A program made the translations under genes and the position numbers. From Octopus vulgaris (lineage: Eukaryota): 64,000 bases of DNA. Below the pieces are notes generated by a model. It was given only the letters and a program-made list of their open reading frames with translations, was not told the DNA's origin and did no database searches. The first letter of the stretch is position 1; every line of letters starts with the position of its first letter. The stretch spans positions 40,486,001-40,550,000 of the forward strand of contig OX597831.1 in the NCBI GenBank assembly GCA_951406725.2. The letters run 5' to 3'. This document shows, piece by piece, positions 1 to 12,704 of this stretch.

Positions 1-373
1 AAATAGGGTCGTAGCACTGCAGGAGATAAAACAGGTGATTAATGCTATAGAGTTACGCGACATAGGTGTTGCAGGTAAGGTGAGTGCTGATAGTGGTTGC
101 GGTGGTGTTGGTGGTTGCGCGAGTTACAGCGGCTGTGGCGGTTGTGGTCGTGGCTATAGTAGCCATTCTAGTGGTATTGGTAATATCGTTGATAAAAATC
201 TAAATGGTGTTGATGGATGTCGACGTCGTGGTAGCGGTGAGTGGTAGTGATTGTTGGCGGCGATGGCAGCATGGTGGTGATGGTGGTGATATACTGGACC
301 GACCACAGGCTTGTGAATGTATTCCGAAAACTAAAACTGAAAGAAGGCCGTCGTACATCTATCTATCTATCTG

Positions 374-432
<59 letters not shown>

Positions 433-749
433 GTATATGTATTTTTATATATACATATTTATGTATATTTATTTATATGTGTGGATGTATATATATATAT
501 ATGTCTATATCTATGTGTATATTTCTGTGTGCTAGGGGTTGGCGCTAACCACCGTTGGAGAACCGGTGTTGGTTTGTTTATGTCCCCGTGACTTTGCTGT
601 CCAGCAAGAAGATTCCGATAGAATAAGTAACGAGCTCAAACAAAATAAAGTACAGGGAGAGATTCAATCGATGAAAAAGTCCTTCAAGGAGGTACCCCAA
701 AATGGCCGCATCCCAATGATTGAAACAAGAAAACGATATAAAATATCCA

Positions 750-826
<77 letters not shown>

Positions 827-883
827 GGTGATGATGGTTAAATGACGGCAATGAGGCCTAAGCCTTGGTAATATGTCTTCTGA

Positions 884-1090
884 AGGCGGCGAGCTGGCAG
901 AAACGTTAGCATGCCGGGCGAAATGCTTAGCTGTATTTCGTCTCTCTTTACCTTCAAACATCGACTCTGCCTTTCATTCTTTCGGAGTCGATAAATTGAT
1001 TAATTACCATTTGCGTGCTGGGGTCGATCTAATTGACTGGCTCCCTTCCCCAAAATTTCGGGTCTTGTGCCTAGAGTTGAAAAGAATGTT
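884..1090 (+). mobile_element. SINE family S3 (Nin-domain-like)
   Basis: ggcggcgagctggcagaaacgttagc head and gcctttcat.ctttcgg.gtcgataaa domain. Copies near 6855-6990, 31563-31770, 46515-46730 and 36550-36970 (-, internally duplicated). Confidence 0.75.
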
Positions 1091-1683
1091 ATGTCTTCTG
1101 GTTAATATGAGTCAGGCTGAATTTCAATAAGAAAATACAAAGGTAAGTTAAAGTTGGCCGCGCTGCAACCTTTATTTTCGACGCTAAAGTGAAATACATC
1201 AATCGGCACAACAAGTAGAAGTCTCTTAAAAACATTACACATTGAAAACGTTTCTCGAAGTTGAGGATATATGTTAAAAGAAATGCAGAACATAGCGGCC
1301 AAAGATTCTGGTTATAAATCTCTCCTTGCTGAAGCTGCAAAATGGTATAAACTACTTTCATGACGAAGATCAAAACTCGCTCGTAACAAACTCACCTCCC
1401 TAAGGAATTAAGGGGGAAAACGTCCAGCCAATTGCACGTCGTTATATATATTATATATATATATAATATATAAGAGAGTTACCGTTAAGTGGTTAACTCT
1501 AGTGCTAAAAATAGCTCCTCATTCTGGTCCTATTTTTAGCACTAGAGTTAACCACTCAACGGTAACTCTCTTATATTTATGTATAGATTTGTATTGTCTC
1601 CCTGGTTTTTATGTGCTAAGCCACTTGGTGTTAAACTGATGGTATTATTAAATTAATATCTAATTTTTCACCCTTATTTATGA

Positions 1684-1726
<43 letters not shown>

Positions 1727-2916
1727 ACGGACTTCTATGCATTTACCATTTCTTTTCTTCATTTCTAAGACGTTAAGATATGATTTGAGGGAATATTGTG
1801 CGTTATCTCTTACAAGCCGAGTTACTTATTTTGGTCGGTGTTAACTTGTTGATCACCATGACAGAAATAGAAAAAGTGGAAAGAAACCGCAACAAAATGA
1901 AACAAAGCAGCCATTTTGAAATTCGTTCCCTCATTATCTCATTAGTGTACTATAAAATACGTCATTTATATACTCTATTATATCTATTAGAAGCGAAAAA
2001 TTAGATCACAATTCCGACATTAATTTACTACGACTGTCAATGAATTAGTAGCATTAAAAGTTAATCCATTAATTCTATATCGTTTTTACAGTTATATCTA
2101 TTTGTTATGCTGCATCATAGGTCGAACGTCCTTTACAAATTATCAGTTAACAATAAAAACCTTTTGTCTTCTGATTTTCACAGTAACGAATCTCTTAAGC
2201 AACGAAGGTTTTAAGCTAAATGGTTTCCACTGTATCATATCGTATCGTAAAGCAAGCGTAGTTACTTTCTGTTGTTACATCTGAATTGACGTCCATTCTC
2301 TTCTATTAAATTTGATTGAGGTGTCTATATTTTACTCTGTTGTTTATCGACAGACAATGGCTTTTGTTATTATTTGTTTTTGTTTTTTCCTTTATGTCTC
2401 TTCTATCCTACCACATCTTTTGTTAATGCTTCAAAACGAATGTGCTGACTCGTTTAAGACCGTTGATGCCTCTAACGGGGTAACAATTTGTTCATATTCC
2501 GTAGGGGGGAAATAAAAACGAACAACGATGGGAAAAAAAGCTATAACAATAAAGCTCGATATTATTTCTCCTTTGAGTATGAGACGTCCTGGCACAGCAG
2601 TTTTGGCGCCGTTTTGTCATCACTGAATCGACGTTGACTTATTTGACATTAGAGATTTTAATACTTCTTTCGCTCTCTCTTCTCCTTCTCTCTCTACCTC
2701 TACCTCGTCTCCCTCATGTACATATACTGTTTGCTGTTAAAAATGTTTAAATTTAATAGTAATTATTTTCAGATTTCGAAAATTTAAAGATGTAGGTACT
2801 TTAGCTTTAGTTTATTAATGACTCAAGTAAACGAAATTTATAGTTTCTCCAACTCATACAGCCACCAAACTTCGACAGAGACCCTTTATACGGCGTGCAT
2901 ATATATATATATATAC

Positions 2917-3112
2917 ACAAAATGGGAAAAGAATGCAAAACATCCAGAAGACGATACAAAAAACACGGACGGGTCATTCGAAGCCTTTAATCTTCAGTCA
3001 AGAACCGGATCATCCTCGCAATTTCGGCTGATTAATCTTGAGATTGCTCCAATCTGGCCAGCACCAAGGAAAAACTTAGCTAAGAGAATTAGATTCCTTG
3101 GAAAAAAGCTTC
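2917..3112 (-). mobile_element. R1 short repeat element, probably Penelope-like non-autonomous
   Basis: Homologous to 53930-54175, 54810-55070 and 56000-56115; 3' end abuts (TA)n. Confidence 0.75.
2982..3047 (-). ncRNA. Putative non-circularly rearranged hammerhead ribozyme (family R1, best copy)
   Basis: Minus strand reads GCAAU-C^UCAAGA-uuaauc-AGCC-GAA-AUUGC-N14-UCUUGA-CUGAAGA-uuaaa-GGCU. Stem III is GCAAU/AUUGC, stem I is UCAAGA/UCUUGA, stem II is GGCU/AGCC. Confidence 0.6.
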
Positions 3113-3228
3113 ACACACGTATACGTGTGTGTGTGTGAGTGTGCATATATATGTGTCTGTGCTTATGTGTATATGTGTCTGTCTATCTATCTTTGTATAC
3201 CATTTGTAACCTACATAGTTATTCATCT

Positions 3229-3297
<69 letters not shown>

Positions 3298-4160
3298 CAC
3301 GCACTAGTATATGTAGGTCTGCTCGTACTTTTTCCCTTGTTTATTCCAGTATGTGCGCACAAGAAGGTACGTATGTATGTATGTATGTATGTATGTATGT
3401 ATGTATGTATCTATGTGTGTGTACATCTATCTATCTATCTACCTATCCGACTGTGCATATATATATGATCGCAGATATACACATACATATATATTTCATA
3501 CACATATACATATACACACATGTGCGGGCGCATACACACACATGCACATACACACACATATACATGCACACATATATGAAAAAGATAGATAGATAGAGAG
3601 AGAGAGAAGGGGGAGCGAATGGCAGAAAGAAAGTGAGAGACACGTTGAAGAATGAAACAGATTCTTTGAAAATTCCAAATCAATTTACGTTTCTAGAGAG
3701 TTCTTATAAGACGTTTCTTCCGACTTTAACCTTTTTTTTGTCTCCTCTGTTAAAACTGTACAAGCAAGGAATACAACAAACCTAACAAAAGCAAAACAAC
3801 GACCATTTTCCCTCACATCAAATGTATGTGTACACATACATAGATACATACATACATATATATATATTGATTTATATATATGTGTGTTTGCGCGCGTGTG
3901 TGTAAATATATATGCATGTGTGCGTACATATGAAGCATACGTACATAGATACATACATACAGACATATATATTTATGTGTATGTATATATACATACATAC
4001 ATACATACACACGCACATATATTTGTATATATACATATATATGTATATATATATATATATGTATATATATGTGTATATATATGTGTATAGATATATATAT
4101 GTGTGTATAGATATATATATATGTGTATATATATGTATGTATATATATAAGTATATAATT

Positions 4161-4203
<43 letters not shown>

Positions 4204-4986
4204 GTATGTACATATATATGTATGTATGTATATACATGTATGTATATATATATACACATATGTATGTATATATATATATATATATATGTATGTGTATATA
4301 TATATATATATACAAACACACATATATATGCATATACACACACATATATGTTCCAACTGCTCAACTCGACCCTAGTTATTTACATCTATAAAATGTCGTC
4401 AAAACAATGTATTTCCGCCTATTTGCTTTAATGCAGTCTAAGCTGTTATTTTAACGTTAATGTATCAAATGCTTCGTTTTGCCCACACTTCATCGTCTAA
4501 AGAAAAAAGAAAATCAATTTCCGTAGTCGATTCTGCATCATGTCCTTCATCGCCAACGTCATCATCCACGTCGAATTTCCACCGAAGTCGTCATAGCCGT
4601 CGTCGCCATCGTATCAGTCGACGCCATCGTATCAGTCGTCGTCTACGTCGGCTTATTGTGTTTTCTTTTTATTTTGTTGTATATTGTATGTGCATCTTTT
4701 CTTTTTTCGTCACGATTTATTGTATTGCGTATTGCGTTATATTTTGTGTCGTACTGTTTGTTTCATTTGTAGCTATCAACGTTTATATGTTTCTTTCTTG
4801 AGTTGTGTGTAGTTGACCTACTCGTTTCTGAAACACGCATATGATTATATATATGTGTGTGTATGTGTGTGTATGTATACAGGCATCCAGCAACAGGACC
4901 TCCGTAATGCTATGATGGACCGTGAAGTCTGGCGTAACATAGTAAATTCCATTGTTTCGACCACGGTCGAACAATGATGATGATGA

Positions 4987-5130
<144 letters not shown>

Positions 5131-5162
5131 TTTATTTAAAAGCAGCAGAAATTCAACAAAAC

Positions 5163-5201
5163 CTGTTACTCGGGGTTTCACGTTCCCGTTCGTCGGACAG
5201 T
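5163..5201 (-). ncRNA. Type I hammerhead motif (U4C core)
   Basis: CUGU-CCGACGA-ACG GGAA CGU-GAAAC cccga GUA^ACAG; stem I is CUGU/ACAG. Confidence 0.6.
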
Positions 5202-5233
5202 TTTTGTTAAAATAGAACCGATATGCTCCTGCG

Positions 5234-5277
<44 letters not shown>

Positions 5278-5279
<2 letters not shown>

Positions 5280-5718
5280 CGCAGGAGCGGCTGAGTGGTG
5301 AGTAGCTTGCTTACTAACCACATGGTTCCGGGTTCAGTCCCACTGCGTGGCACTTTAGGCAAGTGAGTTCAACTATTGCCTCGGGCCGATCGAAGCCTTG
5401 TGAGCGGATTTGGTAGACGGAAACTGAAAGAAGCCCGTCGTATATTTATATATACATATATACATATATATATATGTGTGTGTGCGTGTGTGGGGGGTGT
5501 ATGTTTGTGTGTCTGTGTTTTTGTCCCCACCAACATTGCTGGACAACCGATACTGGTGTGTTTATCTCCCTGTACCTTAGCGGTTCGGCAAAAAGAGACC
5601 AATAGAATAAACACTGAGCTTACAAAGAATACTTCCTGGGTTCGTTTTGCTCGACTAAAGGCGGTACTCCAACATGGCCACGGTCAAATGACTGAAGCAA
5701 GTAAAAGAATAAAAGAAT
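5278..5718 (+). mobile_element. tRNA-derived SINE family S1 (internal microsatellite)
   Basis: A and B boxes (ggctgagtgg, ggttcagtccc), ggcaagtg core, tail gactgaa.caagtaaaaga. Other full or partial copies near 330-730, 30965-31545, 43380-43670, 44048-44180, 48633-48897, 50235-50390, 50960-51140, 55300-55445, 55685-55845, 56675-56930 and 63660-63865. Confidence 0.85.
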
Positions 5719-5796
5719 ATATATATACACACAATCACACGCATATAAGGACATATATACACACGCACATATAAATATATATACACAAATATATAC

Positions 5797-5853
<57 letters not shown>

Positions 5854-6054
5854 CTTATACATACACAGAAACACACACACATAAATGTAACGCTAGCAGG
5901 CCGAAACTTCGAGGTTACTATCACATCACGTGTGTATAATATGTTCTCTACAAATATAATATTGAATAATTCATCAGTTTAATGTTAAATTGCTTTTGTT
6001 ATAACTCGAGACAAACTTTAATACATACATACATACATGCATACATACATACAT

Positions 6055-6125
<71 letters not shown>

Positions 6126-6183
6126 CATACATATATCTTTATGTATATGTATGTGTATGTATATATATATATGTATGTGTATG

Positions 6184-6715
6184 TCAGGTCACTTTCGAGT
6201 GCTACTGGTAATATGTAACCCAGTAGAACCTGTTGCATGGTCGGGTTGTCGGCGATTAAACCGGCAACCCCACCAAGCTTGCTTGGTGAGGAGGGTGTTT
6301 ATTGGACAAAACCCGTCAAAGAGCGGAGGAACTCTTGAGAGTCAACGGCCATCCAATAAATGTCTTAAGACTGTATCATGCACGGGGACAGAAATAATCG
6401 GACTGAATACCCGATCGCACGGTTAAACCATTGGGAGTGAAGGACTCCTAGCCTTTGTTAGGGCATCCTTCTAGGAGAAAGTAACTCAGGTAACTAGGAT
6501 AACTCCGATATAAAACCTGCGGCTCAGTGGTTACCGATGATGTTGACTTGATTTTTTTTCGGATTATGACTGATGTTGCTTAGTGAGTGGGATTGACTCA
6601 GTGCACAGCTTTTCCTCACTTTAAAAAAAATCTTCTTGCACAGGCATTGCACGATAACATCATTGATTAAGCTTCGTGCAATGGCCATACTCGATAACGA
6701 GGGGGCAGCCACCAT
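6184..6715 (+). mobile_element. Unclassified structured repeat, possibly retroposon 5'-derived
   Basis: GC-richer island between microsatellites. Its first ~110 bp are homologous to 35917-36010. Confidence 0.5.
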
Positions 6716-6773
6716 GTATATATATACATGCATATATACACATATATATATGTATATATATATATGTATGTAT

Positions 6774-6832
<59 letters not shown>

Positions 6833-6999
6833 CTGTACTTCTGCTTGTTCTTTATGTTCTGAGTTCAAATGCTACCGGGGGGGGCGACCTTTCGGAGTCG
6901 ATAAAATAACTACAAGTTGGACACTCGGGTCAATGTAATCAACTTATAGACACCTCCGAAGCTGCTGGCCTTGTGCCAAAATTTAAGACAACAACAACA

Positions 7000-7071
<72 letters not shown>

Positions 7072-7406
7072 GCTACTACTACTGCAAATGGCCAACACTA
7101 TAACCAACAATATGGCATAGGTTTTCAAGCGAGGAGATATGATAAATGTTAATCTTCGATTTAGTGTTTCCTTATAAATCTCATCTGATGCTTATATTCT
7201 GCTGTTTGTTATCATTATCACGGCTTGTTAAATAGAAGATTTTTTTTTTTTTACTTTGATGCCTCTTGGCAAAGGTAGAGCGGTTCCTTATTTCATGACT
7301 AACAGATAATTCTAAGGAAAACATTTGTTTCGCTTTCAAACATCGCAGCATGCGAGCACGCTAGCAGAGAAGAGGCCGTCTGCATCTAGTTTAGTATATG
7401 ATATAT

Positions 7407-7447
<41 letters not shown>

Positions 7448-7647
7448 TGTATGTGTGTATGTATTATATGTATGTATCTATATATCTATATATATGTATA
7501 TAGTATATATATGTATATATATACATGTATATATACACATATATATGCATGTATGTATGTATGTATGTATGTATATACACACGTATATATACTGTGTTAT
7601 ATAATATTCGCATTCAATATTTATAATACAACGTTATGAGCATATAC

Positions 7648-7709
<62 letters not shown>

Positions 7710-8108
7710 ATATATATATGTATACATATATACGTATATATATGTATATATATATATATATGTATATATATGTATATATTTATATATACATGTGTAGATA
7801 TATATATATATATATATATACATGCATACAGATACAGACCTAGCAACATACGCACACACCTACATACACACATACACACACGCGTGCGCATATATATCTA
7901 AGCAACTCTCAGTTTAAGCATCTCGGTCAGTTACCTAACCACATCAAACATTTCTTACACCAAATCAATCGACCAATCAATCGATCAATCAGATCTGACA
8001 GAATTTCTCCGGTTTATCTCTTTCCCCATTCACACTTCAAAAACGTTCTGATTTTTAACACCAGTCCACATCAATCTGTCTATTCTCCCCCCCCCCTCAC
8101 TATCCCCT

Positions 8109-8156
<48 letters not shown>

Positions 8157-8433
8157 TCTCCTCCTGTCTCGTATGCTTTTTATCTCACTTTCTCTCTCCT
8201 TCCGACCTCTACCAATTACACATCGTATGTTTTTCCATAACCGTTTCCGATTTCCCACTTCACCATCTTTATTCGACCATACCATTTCCATGCCTGTTTC
8301 CGGCACTACTTAAATGATATGAAATCTGGCCTCTGGACGATATGTATGTTTTAAGAATATAGGGGTTACTAAAATGTTTGGATGGGAACAAAACTCAATT
8401 ATATACACACTCATATATATATATACATATATA

Positions 8434-8630
8434 GGGAGAGTTTACGAAAAAACACAAGACGAAGACAGGTGGTGTACAAAACAAACAGATGTATTAGTAT
8501 AACGCTCAGGAATAGAAAAAAGTCTTTTACGTTTCGAGCCTACGCTTTTTTACAGAAAGGGACACGAAAATACAAGGAGAGAAACAAGGAGAGAAAAATG
8601 TGTGTAGTGGCTAACGATCTATCTTGGCGA
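8434..8630 (-). mobile_element. Family B short element with degenerate HHR (8524-8559)
   Basis: Homologous to 21105-21265, 45117-45240 and 53730-53910; flanked by (TA)n. Confidence 0.7.
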
Positions 8631-8839
8631 TATATATGTATATGTTTGTATGTATGTATATGTATATATACATATGTCTGTATATGTATGTTTATATATA
8701 TATATGTGTGTGTGTTTGTGTGTGTGTACAGTTTAAATTTATAGAAAAACAAAAGACGAAAACAAGTGTAAGTATAGATATAAATCGTTGGCGATTTTTT
8801 TCCTCTGTCTTCCCTTCCTTGTATCTTTCCTTTTCCTAT

Positions 8840-8874
8840 GTTTCTGACGAAGAGCTCCGCTTGAAACGTTAAAT
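8840..8874 (+). ncRNA. Minimal hammerhead, family C (element about 8780-8976)
   Basis: GUUU-CUGACGA-a-GAGC ucc GCUU-GAAAC GUU^AAAU. A homologous degenerate copy lies at 62963-62997(-), in an element at about 62860-63070. Confidence 0.65.
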
Positions 8875-8973
8875 CCTCCTTGTTTCTTTCCTTTTCTGCG
8901 CGTCCAATAACACTACACCTGTTCCACGTCCTCGCGCTGTTGTGTCTTTTGTGTACGTTTTCTTGTTTGGATT

Positions 8974-9118
<145 letters not shown>

Positions 9119-9986
9119 TTTGTATATAAACGCAAACATACTTATGCGTGCACACACACAAACACACACATACATACATATATATACATATACATACACA
9201 AAATAAGAACAAACACAAGGAAGAAACCACAGGTCAGGTTCCTTTAGAGCGCGCGACTGTCTCTGTGCCAACGACTGGACATACTCGGGCTCAATGTACC
9301 GAAATAATGAACGTCTTTCACGTGGGATGCGACAGAACAGAAAATCATCCCACGTTCCGAAGCAACCTATCTTCGGATGGGCATAGAAATCATCAAGAAA
9401 TGCGCGCGCACACACACACAAACACGCACACTCTCTCACACACATACATACACATACATATAAATGCAAAACGAGGTGGACAAATAGTTCTCAAATACTA
9501 AAGTGCCATGCTTGTATTATTGCTTGGCTTTTTTCTTGAACGTCAGACCTGGTATAACCTTCGTCTAATAATGCATCGGGCTTGATATTCTCTTCACCCA
9601 TATTTGCACTATTTGGTTCACACGAGACGAGTTCATTGTTCAAATAACCGTGAAATTTATGTTGTCGTTTTCATCGTCGTTATCATAGTTGTCATCAGCC
9701 TAGACATCATCATCCTCGTCGTCCTTGTCATCGAAATGCTGGTCTTGTGTTTTAGTCGCTTCAGTATAGGTTTGCCCAACTTCAGCTGTGGTGTCATCTG
9801 AGTTACTGTAGTTTTTTGCGCTGATGAAACAGACATATAATCAGAAGAATACCCGCTTGGATAATTCTATTCTTATTCAAACATACGTGTATCTGGGATT
9901 ACGTTATCCTTATCTATCGTGAGAAGTTTGGTTATGAGTCAATTAAGCATAGCATCAGGGACAGATCACGACTATATCTAGAAGAC

Positions 9987-10125
9987 ATTATTTACATTAT
10001 TTACATTTGACGGATATTTGTCCTCATCTTGTTGTTTGTACAACGTTTCGGCTGATATACCCTCCAGTCTTCATCAGGTGTCTTGGGGAAATTTCGAACT
10101 TGGGTTCTCATTTCTAAGGTATTTT

Positions 10126-10210
<85 letters not shown>

Positions 10211-10327
10211 CCTTATTAGGGCCGCGCTCTATTAGGGCCCGCGCTCTTAACCACTACTCCATCTGGCGTAGTGGTTAAGAGCGCGGGCTACTAACCTCAC
10301 GATTCCGAGTTCGATTCCATGCAGTGA

Positions 10328-10411
<84 letters not shown>

Positions 10412-10566
10412 AAAATACCTTAGGAATGAGTACCCAGGTTCCAAATTTCCCCCAAGACACCTGATGAAGGCTGGAGGGTATATCAGCCGAAACGTTGTGT
10501 TAACAACAAACAAGATGAGGACAACTATCCGTCAAATGTAAATAATGTAAATAATGTACATAATTC
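9987..10566. mobile_element. Head-to-head pair of tRNA-headed, hammerhead-carrying SINE-like elements (family A)
   Basis: The plus copy 10263-10566 has A box tggcgtagtgg, B box gagttcgattcc, (TAA)n, an HHR and a tail. An inverted partial copy occupies 9987-10257. Confidence 0.8.
10455..10501 (+). ncRNA. Minimal type I hammerhead (family A)
   Basis: GACAC-CUGAUGA-a-GGCUG gaggguauau CAGCC-GAAAC GUU^GUGUU, with a palindromic ACGU stem III (dimer type). Further copies at 10038-10084(-), 39182-39228(-) and 42795-42842(+, degenerate). Confidence 0.75.
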
Positions 10567-10752
10567 TATCAGGAGTTACCGTGAATAATTCAGCACCCCT
10601 TTGTTTGGTTCATCATTCTTCATTGTAAGATACAGTAAGGAGGCAAGAGGGAAAAGATACCAAGAGTAAATGGAATGAAATATCTCCATAAGATATACAT
10701 GTATGTATATATATAATACATAGACACACACACACGCATGCATACACACATA

Positions 10753-11145
10753 TACTCTTTTACTCTTTTTCTTGTTTCAGTCATTTGACTGTGGCCATGC
10801 TGGAGCACCGCCTTTAGTCGAGCAAATCCACACCAGGACTTATTCTTTGTAAGCCCAGTAATTATTCTATAGGTCTCTTTTGTCGAACCGCTAAGTTGCG
10901 GGGACGTAAACACACCAGCATCGGTTGTCAAGCGATGTTGGTGGGGGACAAACACAGGCACACAAACATATACACACACATACATATATACGACGGGCTT
11001 CTTTTCAGTTTCCGTCTACCAAATCCACTCACAAGACTTTGGTCGGCCCGTGGCTATAGTAGAAGACACTTGCTCAAGGTGCCACGCAGTGGGACTGAAC
11101 CGGGAATCATGTGGTTGGTAAGCAAGCTACTTACCACACAGCCAC
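10753..11145 (-). mobile_element. SINE S1
   Basis: Near full-length reverse copy. Confidence 0.85.
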
Positions 11146-11307
11146 TCATACGAGTATATATACATACATACATATATATATATATATATCTTCGTAAATA
11201 TATTTGACTATGAGTGTTTGTTATATATGTACATAAGTGTGTGTGAGTGTGTGTATGTGTGTGTGGTTGTATGTGTGTATATATGTGTATACATATAAAT
11301 ACATGTG

Positions 11308-11346
<39 letters not shown>

Positions 11347-11700
11347 TCATACACACACATATCTTTATAAACATATTTTGCCCGTGAGCGATTCATAGGT
11401 TTGTGTGTGTGTGTGTTCGTGTGTGTGTTCGTGTGTGTGTATGTAACAGTTCAACGTCTGCAGAATTACCTATGATGTTGCGTTCAAAGAAAAAATAAAT
11501 CAGAACAAAAACACTTTGGCTGCAACCTCTCGGAGCCTCACCATTGTGAGGCGCAGTAGCGGATGTTTTAACTGAAGAATCACCCAGTGTTCATGTTAAT
11601 ACCATATCGTGCTGAGAACGAACAACCTTTAGGTATGTCAAAAGAAGGAATCCGGCGGGGATAAAAGAATATTTGGCTCCATTCGTATGTGTGTGTGTGC

Positions 11701-11737
<37 letters not shown>

Positions 11738-11812
11738 TGCGTGTGTGTGAATATGCGGGGTACTTGCTTGTATGAAAGTGTACGTGCGTGTTTGCTTGTG
11801 CGTGAGTGTATG

Positions 11813-11868
<56 letters not shown>

Positions 11869-11933
11869 ATATATATATATATGTATATATATTTCGTTTC
11901 TTTCCTCCAAGTAAGTTTATATATATATATATA

Positions 11934-12027
<94 letters not shown>

Positions 12028-12107
12028 TATATGGCTGCACAACCTACATATATGTAATTATATATGTATAGGTGTGTACGTACTCATACACACAAATATA
12101 GAGAGGA

Positions 12108-12161
<54 letters not shown>

Positions 12162-12229
12162 GGCTAGTTAGATAGAGAAACAGATAGCTAGACGGAGAGT
12201 CAGGCAGACAGACAGACAGACAGACAGAC

Positions 12230-12288
<59 letters not shown>

Positions 12289-12392
12289 GAGATAGATAGA
12301 GAGAGAGAGAGAGTGAGTGAGAGAGAGATACATGTAAAGGTATACACGTAGCTTTTTTAAGTATGCATTTTTCACGTACATATATTTTTAAA

Positions 12393-12438
<46 letters not shown>

Positions 12439-12546
12439 TGTACAATATATTTATACACACACATACACATACACATATACATGCATTCAGACGTACACAA
12501 ACATATATACGTCATATCTGTATTTGTACGTTTGTATTTGTATGTA

Positions 12547-12591
<45 letters not shown>

Positions 12592-12704
12592 ATTAGTGTG
12601 TGTGAGTACGTATGTGTGTGTGTATTAGTACGACAAAAATAGCAGTCACGAAATCCTGACCAGTGATTAATCAAAATTTTAATTTTGATAAAATTTTCAA
12701 ATTA

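Noticed and set aside
8920-8950. HDV-like ribozyme suggested by acgTCCTCGcg (also TCCTCGC at 3013)
   Set aside because: P1.1 GG, P4 and the J4/2 C-R-A could not be placed.
9350-9400. Frame ..SEATYLRMGIEIIKK reminiscent of a recalled CCDC148 segment
   Set aside because: In-frame stops lie just upstream, there is no splice donor, and it runs into (CA)n; probably coincidence.
11468-11628. Minus-strand exon-like island with AG/GT boundaries
   Set aside because: Stops occur in all three frames; at most a non-coding exon, and unsupported.
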